A stretch of 64,000 nt of DNA from Chrysomallon squamiferum. Taxonomy: Eukaryota > Animalia > Mollusca. The notes under the pieces were generated by a model, which worked only from the letters and a program-made list of their open reading frames with translations, had not been told where the DNA came from and did no database searches. The stretch lies in NCBI GenBank assembly GCA_012295275.1, contig CM022675.1, forward strand, positions 6,820,001 through 6,884,000, in the 5' to 3' direction. Of this stretch, positions 55,450 through 64,000 are shown piece after piece. Position 1 is the stretch's first letter. Each line of letters begins with the position of its first letter. The translations under genes were made by a program, and so were the position numbers.

Positions 55450-55738
55450 TGGTAAGAGTCGTCTGCTTGGTATAGGCAGCTGTGTCCACAGCTAAGCCGT
55501 ATCCTAGAAGAATTATTTCTTGGGAAACCTGTGTTACGCATATTAGCGGAAGCACGGTCAATCCCAGGACGGTGAAGCCTGTATTTTTGGCTTCAAAAAA
55601 TCTCTAGTAGAACTTTTTTTTTCTGAAAAAAAAAAAAACAACAACTACAAAACTTTCTTTATTTTTTTTTTTATTTTTTTTTCTTGATTTTTGGATGTTG
55701 TGATAAGACGTTTGTTTGTACATTAGGACCAAATCAAA

Positions 55739-55799
55739 ATGTGGAAGGAGGCGACATTTGCCTTCTTGGTGTTGTGTGTGGTTGCAGTGCGTTCTCAGG
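55739..55799 (+). CDS. Gene 3 exon 1: signal peptide MWKEATFAFLVLCVVAVRSQ
   Basis: caaaATG; hydrophobic core with a small-residue cleavage region; donor G|gtaagt (phase 1). Confidence 0.8.
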
Positions 55800-57152
55800 G
55801 TAAGTCGACATTTTCTGTTATATTTTGCTTTGCTTTTATATTTTTACGATCATCGTGAAAAAAAAAAAAGCATGCACTTGACTAAACTAAATGACACTGC
55901 TTCGTAACGTAATGCTGAACGCTTGTCTTTTTCAAACGAAGAAAAGTAATATATCTCTTCACTGGTTTTCATTGACAGTATATGCATTTATTTAACAGCA
56001 GAAATTAGAAAACTAAAATTAAAGTGTTAAATAATAATAATTTGCGCAAATCATACTATTTTTGCGATACTGTTGTCGTCTTCTACAGTCAGAAAGCTTG
56101 TTTTTGTCAGGAAATTATCATGGAAATGTCTGTCACTTAAGCCCCGCCTCCTAATTATGATGTATGTCAAAGGAATTTGGTATCCGCCCTCAGGTCAACA
56201 CCCACCCAGGCAACGCCTATTCCTGAATATTGCCATCTTGCATTTTTTGGTAGAACAATGGGTTTTACTGTGTGCTGTACCAATAGAACCTGAAAACAAT
56301 GAATTTTCTCAAAATTACCACCGGGTTAATGTTAAGATAATAGAACTGATGAAATCTGTATTTTGGAAGAATAGTATACCCAAGACAAGATAATTTTAAA
56401 AAAAATAAGCACTTTGTTTAATTGATTCGTTGAAATATATTTTATCAGTTCTTATTATGAAATTGTTGTTGTTGTTGTTGATGATGTTCTTCTTCTTGTA
56501 GTCTTTTTTGTTGCTGCATATATAAATATACATTTAGACACACACACACACACACATATATCTTTTTCTCCTTCTTTCCGAATCTCTCTCTCTCTCTCTT
56601 TTTTCAGTCTGTTTCTTTCTTTGTTACTCTTTGTTCACACACACACACTCACACACACACACACACACAAACACACAACCAAAAAAAATGCATTCACTAG
56701 CACACTGTACTTAATTTATAAAAATTAGCAATTAACTCTTTGTCAAATTTTTATTTTATATATTTGTTGTTGTTGTTGTCGTTGCTGTTGCTGCTGTTAT
56801 TATGTCTTTATTATTATTATTTTGATTTATTACTATCTTTTTTGTTAATAATAACATAAAATAAAGTGAGACTGAAAGGATGTAATGGTCACTGCAAATT
56901 AACAAATACATTTTCAACTTTAGCAAGTTGATGTCATAGATCCCTGTGAAGAAAATCGTAATAATGTTGCAATCTATTAAGCAGAATCGATAAATAGTTA
57001 AAACTATAATTTTTATTTTTTATATATATTTTTTAAACTGCAATAAAATATAACGATAGAACTTACTAGAAACTTACTTGCATTCTCATAAATAAATGAA
57101 CATTTATTTTTAATTTAGTTAAATGATTATAATTATCATCGTCATCATCATG

Positions 57153-57227
<75 letters not shown>

Positions 57228-58582
57228 TAAAGTTTGAAACATTAATTGTCAGAAGATTCTCTCAAAATATCTTTTTTACGGAAACAAGCGTACCCAGTAA
57301 ATAAACTACTCGTACAGAATTTTCAGAATGAGATATCCATATCTTCTGTTTTCGATATCTTTTGGAACGTTTAGTTATCAACTGCTGCCTCTTCGAAACT
57401 GAAAATAAATCGAAGGCAGTGAATTAATTATATTTCAGGCACAGAATTTAAAAAGAAATTATATTTATTTAAGTATCTTGCCGATATTAGACATTTCATA
57501 GAGTTTTAAAATCACAGCACTGTTCCATTTTGCAACACTGGAAACTAACATTAATCTTATTTCTTAGACATGGAACTGTTTCTAATTCTGTCTGTACATA
57601 CACAGTAATGCCCAAAATACCTTCTGGGCATATATAGATTAGGCATAAGGACAACCTCTAGATAAAAAAAAAAAAAAAAAAAAAAAGAAGAAGAACGTTA
57701 TTTTCATCTCGTATGCGCAGTGCCATGTTTCCCTTTTGGCGCGGTGACTTCTAACATTGTTTTACATATCTCGCTGCGAATCCAAACATTTGTATCGTCT
57801 GCATCAACATAACTGATATCAGAAGAGCGCTCGTCTGCTCAACAGGTGCGCAGTGGAGAAAAATCAAACAGATATGTCCGCTGTATGAACCTTCAAGGTT
57901 AAAATAACAAGAATGCTCTTGTCAGATCATTAATTTCGTTGTAGATGTCCGAAAAAAATTAAATAATAACAAACAAAGCAAGAGTTGCGGCCCTTCCTTT
58001 CCTTTGTTTCGTACGTTATCCAAGGTTTATGAAAATAAACAAACTTTTTTTTTTACTTTATATATGTTTAGGTTTAAATATGGTGGTATGAACAAAAATA
58101 TGCAACGAGTATGATATTAAGTGGTTTCGTTAATTTTACATTTTCTTAAAACTTTATGAATTCCAAATAATGAAGAATATTGTTCATAATTACGCTGGGA
58201 TTACTTTTTACTTTGATATACTTTTTGACATCTTCAAAAAACAACAACAATATCAAAAATATTTATAAAAATAATCAAATTAAAAGAAAAACAAAATACA
58301 TAAGTACAGTTTATTCTAGCTAAAATAAAATAACTGTTTAATTTTTTTTCTTTCTTTTTTTCTTTTAATTTTAAAATTAATATATATTTTTATATGCAGA
58401 AAAGAGTGGTAATAAATATTAAAATATTCGTGTCCCTTATGCCAACTTTATATATATATATATATATATATAACAATATTGGCTATTTATCAGAAATATA
58501 TCTGTAAATCAAATAAAGGATTTGTATATAGTCAGTTTTTATTTCTGTCTCTCTCTATATATATCTTTTTCTCCTTTCCGAA

Positions 58583-58640
<58 letters not shown>

Positions 58641-59060
58641 ACTTTCACACACACACACACACATGCTCTTTTTCACTTTTTTCAGTTTTTCTTCGTTGCT
58701 GTTTGTTTTCTCTCACTTCTTTGTCTCTTCCTGTCTCTTTCGCTTCCTGTCTGTATTTCCCCCGAGTCTCTTTGAACTTTTGCAGTGCATATTTTATATT
58801 TCTTCTACATTATCCTGTTTTTATTACATTTATTTACCCCTATTCATAATAAAATTCTCACTCTTCAAAATAAATACGTTTCACTGCAGCTGCAGTATCT
58901 GCCTCATTAACTCTGACTGCAAGCAGAGAAAACAAACAAATATTTCCGACATTTATAACAATCGTCTGTTTGGCAGATGTTAACGAAAAATGCAAAAATT
59001 TAATATCAATAGAAATCGAGACTGGGGCATAGAGAAACTCGAAAAATATTGAAATAAGAG

Positions 59061-59137
<77 letters not shown>

Positions 59138-61011
59138 AAAAAAAAAAAATGTAAGTTAGCTGTACCTATTTCTCTATCACTATATAATGTTGTTTAAAAA
59201 TGCTCTGGCTATTCTTAAAAATTTTCATTTAAAACTTTTCAGATGAGGAAAGTGAATGTTTTGATGCCCAGCTCAAACCAGTACCCGAGGGAAGACGATG
59301 GATACCGGATGCTAATGACCCTTGCTATATCTGTCGATGTATGAACAAAAAAGCCGTCTGTAAACAAAGGAAATGTCCCCCATTGGCCAAGTGCAAAAAC
59401 GGCGCGGAAGCCATCCAACCAGAGGGCGAGTGTTGTCCAAAATGTCCAGGTACGTCATATGTTGTCTATGACGTTAGTTCATAAGACAACGTAAACTGCT
59501 AGCAACTAATACTGACGTCAGAGCATATTATCGAAAAATTATATAAAAAAAAAAAAAAAGTATATACAAATACCGTATACATCTTTTATTATTATTAATA
59601 ATTTAATTACACTTCTCCTATGTCACGTAATAAACGTTACATACATTGTTTTAATTTATATCCTAAATGGACTAAGATTACGTAATCACATCCAAACCAC
59701 GTGACTGTCTATACATTTACTGTGTAATACGATGTGCATTACTCCTGTAAAATATTATCCAAATATATGCTTCTAGTTTTTCAAATAAAAACAATAATGA
59801 CAAGAAAATTTAAAGTCAAATTAAAACACACTCATGCATAACGTAACAAAAATAATAAAATAAAATAAAGTTTGCAAAGTCATCTTTATAAAAATAATAA
59901 AATAAAATAAAGTTTGCAAAGTTAATTATCGACACAGGAACGTTCAAAATGTGTAAAACATATTTTTGACATGTCTGGAGTTAACGCCCTTCCTCATACG
60001 TCCAGCATTCCAAGATATGTACAATAATACTTCAGTGAATGGGGACAAATGTTTTTCACATTAGGGTCACCGTTAGAAATTTTACGTCTTAAAGGATTTT
60101 CACTCTTTTAGCACATACAGATGTGGCCTATATTAGAAATACTTCATGGCTCTCTGTCATTTCAGCATTCTACGTATAACGTGGTGTATATCTAACATTT
60201 TACAGAAAATAATATGAAAGCCGAAAGGTTACATTAACCCAGATCTTGTACATTTCTCATAAATATGTATTCCATATCTGAACCACAATGAAAGAAAGAG
60301 ATGTTTTGGGGTCGTGTTTTTTTTTTTTTTTGGGGGGGGAGGTTTGCGACGCATTCAAAACATTTTCAATCTTTTGTTAATTTATTATGGACTAAGCTAA
60401 AAAGGATAAATTAAATAGAACCTGGTTTATCAAAACGAATTAACTTTTTTCCGAAATTGTTAATTAACCGATTATTTGCTAAAGCATTTAAATAAGTCAT
60501 AAGCCAAAGCAACTCTTTTTAATTAACTTATTAAAGACAACTTATCCTTTTAATGAACAAAAACACATCCATAAGATAGACAGATAATGAAGTGATGATA
60601 ATTTGATGAAATCAGCGCAGCCAGTGAAATGCATTAAAATAAAAATGTGAAATGTATATATGTATTTATTTATTTATTTATTTTTAACTGCACGTCAATA
60701 CATAAAGGATGTTCTAAAAATGTATTCTTGTTCTTGGTCTAATATAGTTTTATTAAAATGAAAAATAGGAAGAGAATAAATTAAAATATCAACCATTGTA
60801 TTTCTGTAATTATTATTATTATTATTATTATTATTATAACAATGATTATGTTTTTATTTTTCAGATGAACGTGACGTAAGTAAAATAAACCTGCATGTGA
60901 TAGAATTATAAAGTAGCGTAATTCACGGTATAATCTAGAATAATCCACCTTGCAACATGACGTAAGCATTATAACCGTGTAGATTTTGCTGTTTTGATGC
61001 TCTGTATATTT

Positions 61012-61072
<61 letters not shown>

Positions 61073-62855
61073 AAAAAATTCAAAACATTTATTTTTTTTT
61101 TATTTTATACAACATAGCTGAGCAGCTTTGATATCCAGTCCAATTCGCAAAACTTTTATTATTCAGTATACCGATTTCGGCAGCAACCGTTCATTTCCGG
61201 GAGCTTTTATTATTGTTCTTCCTCTTTATTAGCAAAAACTTGTCTCTGCCTATATATTTATTTTGGCAGTTTGTGTATACTATCACAGAGATGGATGGCT
61301 AACAAATACTAACTCAGACTGGTTTATAAATACTTACATTTAATGCTTTGTGATTAATTCCACTTGATGATGATGATGTTTTGGTTATGACGCCAATATT
61401 GGGTATAAAGATGATGATAGAGACTATATATACATGTATATTTATTTAATGATAGTTATACGATAATCGTTATCATAATGATGATAATGATGACAGCTGA
61501 TGATTATTCTGTTCACTGTTTAACCAGTGATATTTAAGTACCTGTTTCAAAATGAAGAATAATTTTAACATAGTTGGTGTGCTTCCAAGAAAAAAGCTAA
61601 GCACGCCAGTCCAAAAGGTTACATTCTCATCAAAACGCCTAACCATTAATAAAACAAACTCAGAAGAGCCCAGTATATAATAATATAAATAAATTTAATA
61701 ATAATAATAATAATAATAATTCGGTGCCATAATTAGTAAAACGTTATTGTTTTGCTTTATAGAAAAAAGCCCGAAGAAAGGTAAGAATTTCGTTTCTTAT
61801 GCAAATTAGTTTTTTAACCTTAGACTTCGCTTTTGAACCAAACAAGTTCAGAAGAAAACATTAATTCATAAATTTGATTTATAATAATAACAACAGTAAT
61901 CAATATCATTTTGAAACTGAAACCTGAAAGGCTTAAAATCTAAAATTTAATGAAGTGCAAACAAGAAGAAAAAAAATCTGATATAAAAAAGAATTATAGG
62001 ATTTTATATTTAAAAAAAAAAAAGGGAATAAAATTTTAATTAAAATATATATATACACACACACATAATTAATACTTTGTAGAATCCAAATATTTTAGAT
62101 TGTTTATGATAATTATTTTATTTCATGAATCTGCTATGATTAATTTAAAAAGTAAAGATACATAAGCATTTCATATTTATAAAAGAAAAAATTAAAATTC
62201 TTTCTCTGTCTTTTAGGTTGTCAGAAAGGTAAGCCCTGAAATTTTAAAACTGAAATTAAACAAATATCAATATTATGAATCTTGTTTTCTAAAAACAATA
62301 ATAATAATAATAAATAAGTTCAGAGTTTATCTTGTAATCTTCTGGAAAACAAATAAAAAATAAAATATTTTGTAACAATTAAAAAAAAAAGAAGTTATAT
62401 TAAAAGCAATTCTTAAATTGATCCAGTCACAGTAGACTTTTTCGTTTACTGATAAATATTTAATTTTTATCTCTGTTTTAGCCTCCTGTCAGAAAGGTAA
62501 GAAGTGTAATTTACAAGATTAAAAGCAAAAAACATAAAATCTGCTGAAAAAAAAAGAAAAAAAAGAAGTAAATAAATAAATAAATATATATATATAAATC
62601 ATTCAATCAATCAATGAAATAAATAAATGATTTACATTTTTAAATTAGGAAATTAAAAATAAAAAAGCAAATAAAAGTTAAGTTTGCTAATTAAAAAAAA
62701 AAAATATATATATATATATATAATTAAAAGCAATTCTTAAATTGATTTAGTTTACTGATAAATATTTTATTTTTATCTGTGTTTTAGACTCCTGTCAGAA
62801 AGGTGAGCAGTGATATTTTACATTAAAAGCAAAAAAATATAAAATTTGCTGAAAA

Positions 62856-62902
<47 letters not shown>

Positions 62903-63731
62903 AAATATTAATCAATAAATAAATAATATTTGAAAATAAATAAAGAAGATAAGGCATGATGAAAAAAAAAAAAAAACTGTATATATAAATATAAAATTTA
63001 AAAAAAAAAAAACTTAATACAAAATGAAATATATCATTTGAAATCTCTCTTTATTTTATAAAAATACTATTCAATCACAATAAACTTTTTACTGATGAAT
63101 ATTTTATTTTTATCTCCGTTTTAGCCTCCTGTTAGAAAGGTGAGCTGTAATATTTTACAACATTAAGAGCAAAATTATAAAATTTGCTAAATAAAAAAAT
63201 AAATATTTCAAAATAAATAAATAAAATAATGCAGAATGAAATATAAATTTGTATATATATATCAATATAAAAAAAATAATAATAATAATAAATTAATACA
63301 AAATATATTATAAATTGTTGCATTCGTCTTTTATTTTAAAAAAAAAATGCTAATCAAAATTTAAAAAACAAAGATCTTTTTATAATTTCTTTTCTTAATT
63401 CCTCTTTCTTTTAGTTTTCTGGAAAAATGGTAAGTTTCTAAGTTTTATAAAGAAAATAAAGAGCATTTTTGTTTTTCAAAAACTGTTAAAAGGTAGTAAA
63501 TAAAAAGGCATAATAAAATTTACAAAAATGAATGATAATAATAATAATAATAATAACAATAATAACAGAGTGGCTGAAATTCATTAGCTAAATGTTCTTG
63601 TTAAAATTATTAATTACTTAGTTAATTATCTAATTAATTACTGTTGAACTGAGTATTTATCAACTAAACATTTTATTCAGAATATATTATTTTTATTTTT
63701 ATTTTTTATGCTTTAGACTTCTGGCAAAATG
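55739..63731 (+). CDS. Secreted VWC-domain protein, probably a fibrillar (clade A) procollagen alpha-chain N-terminus; 3'-incomplete
   Basis: Join 55739-55799,59243-59449,60865-60875,61763-61780,62217-62228,62482-62496,62788-62802,63125-63139,63415-63429,63717-63731 stays open. It encodes signal peptide + VWC + basic microexon-encoded linker. Collagen identity is inferred from exon architecture only. Confidence 0.7.
59243..59449 (+). CDS. Gene 3 exon 2: von Willebrand factor type C (chordin-like CR) domain, 207 nt, phase 1-1
   Basis: EESECFDAQLKPVPEGRRWIPDANDPCYICRCMNKKAVCKQRKCPPLAKCKNGAEAIQPEGECCPKCP has 10 Cys with the W, CxxCxC and CCPxC signatures. Boundaries ttttcag| and |gtacgt. Confidence 0.92.
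60421..60618. mobile_element. Possible MITE remnant with imperfect terminal inverted repeats
   Basis: Left end cctggtttatcaaa; right end tttgatgaaatcagc; a related ccggtttatcaaa occurs at about 49690. Confidence 0.3.
60865..60875 (+). CDS. Gene 3 microexon 1 (11 nt, phase 1->0, (D)ERD)
   Basis: tttttcag|ATGAACGTGAC|gtaagt; supplies the phase change that the downstream exons need. Confidence 0.75.
61763..61780 (+). CDS. Gene 3 microexon 2 (18 nt, KKARRK)
   Basis: ttttgctttatag|AAAAAAGCCCGAAGAAAG|gtaaga. Confidence 0.75.
62217..62228 (+). CDS. Gene 3 microexon 3 (12 nt, VVRK)
   Basis: ctgtcttttag|GTTGTCAGAAAG|gtaagc. Confidence 0.75.
62482..62496 (+). CDS. Gene 3 microexon 4 (15 nt, PPVRK)
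   Basis: ctctgttttag|CCTCCTGTCAGAAAG|gtaaga. Confidence 0.78.
62788..62802 (+). CDS. Gene 3 microexon 5 (15 nt, TPVRK)
   Basis: ctgtgttttag|ACTCCTGTCAGAAAG|gtgagc. Confidence 0.78.
63125..63139 (+). CDS. Gene 3 microexon 6 (15 nt, PPVRK)
   Basis: ctccgttttag|CCTCCTGTTAGAAAG|gtgagc. GTC->GTT is synonymous in phase 0 but would create TAG in phase 1. Confidence 0.78.
63415..63429 (+). CDS. Gene 3 microexon 7 (15 nt, FSGKM)
   Basis: ctttcttttag|TTTTCTGGAAAAATG|gtaagt. Confidence 0.75.
63717..63731 (+). CDS. Gene 3 microexon 8 (15 nt, TSGKM)
   Basis: tatgctttag|ACTTCTGGCAAAATG|gtaagc; GGA/GGC synonymous difference from microexon 7. Confidence 0.75.
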
Positions 63732-64000
63732 GTAAGCATTTATATTTTTAAAACTGTAGGAATAATTTGATGTAAATTTCTTTAAAAGAAAACGTTAAAC
63801 ATTTAAAGCAATAAATTCTTTAGAAATATAATTAGAATTTAAAAATTAAAATAAATAAATAAATAAATAAATTTTCAAATATTAAACAATAAATTCCTTA
63901 GAAAGCATCAACTTACTATATAAAAAGAAGTTTATTAGTTGTTTTTTTTCTTTCTCCCATAAATTTGTTTATAAACAAAATTTTTATAAATATTGTTATC

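Larger units (their letters stand above)
62400..63195 (+). repeat. Three tandem ~310-340 bp exon+intron duplication units carrying the xPVRK microexons
   Basis: Shared flanks tttactgat(a/g)aatattt..tttttatct..gttttag upstream and attaa(a/g)agcaaaa..ataaaat(c/t)tgct downstream. Confidence 0.85.

Noticed and set aside
56073-56393. 106-aa ORF in intron 1 of gene 3, and the acag|tcagaaag look-alike of the VRK microexons at 56089-56096
   Set aside because: The ORF has a TTG start and no domain similarity that I recognise. The look-alike is followed by CT rather than GT, so it has no donor.
60206-60227. Possible extra microexon ttttacag|aaaataatatgaaagccgaaag|gttac
   Set aside because: The donor is weak and 22 nt would break the frame between the VWC exon and the 11-nt exon.

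Overview
This is AT-rich, microsatellite-dense animal genomic DNA, probably a lophotrochozoan or mollusc (inferred from composition and repeat style). It is not prokaryotic, and almost all ORFs in the supplied track are simple-repeat artefacts. Three intron-containing genes lie on the + strand. (1) A DCLK3-type doublecortin-like kinase: 6 coding exons, 3006-29467, about 911 aa, with two DCX domains, a charged linker and an intact kinase domain, plus a probable alternative first coding exon at 14189-14468. (2) Sorting nexin-4 (PX-BAR): 13 exons, 36517-45211, about 436 aa. (3) The 5' part of a secreted protein gene from 55739 to beyond the window end: a signal-peptide exon, a 207-nt VWC exon, then at least 8 microexons of 11-18 nt (DERD/KKARRK/VVRK/PPVRK/TPVRK/PPVRK/FSGKM/TSGKM). 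The later microexons are spaced about 300 bp apart, and several arose by tandem duplication of exon+intron units. Gene 3 looks like a clade-A fibrillar procollagen N-propeptide with an expanded microexon array, but no Gly-X-Y is visible in the window. A recurring theme is tandem duplication across splice junctions in all three genes, leaving decoy or alternative splice sites. Exon coordinates were derived by hand from GT/AG signals and frame continuity, without RNA data.
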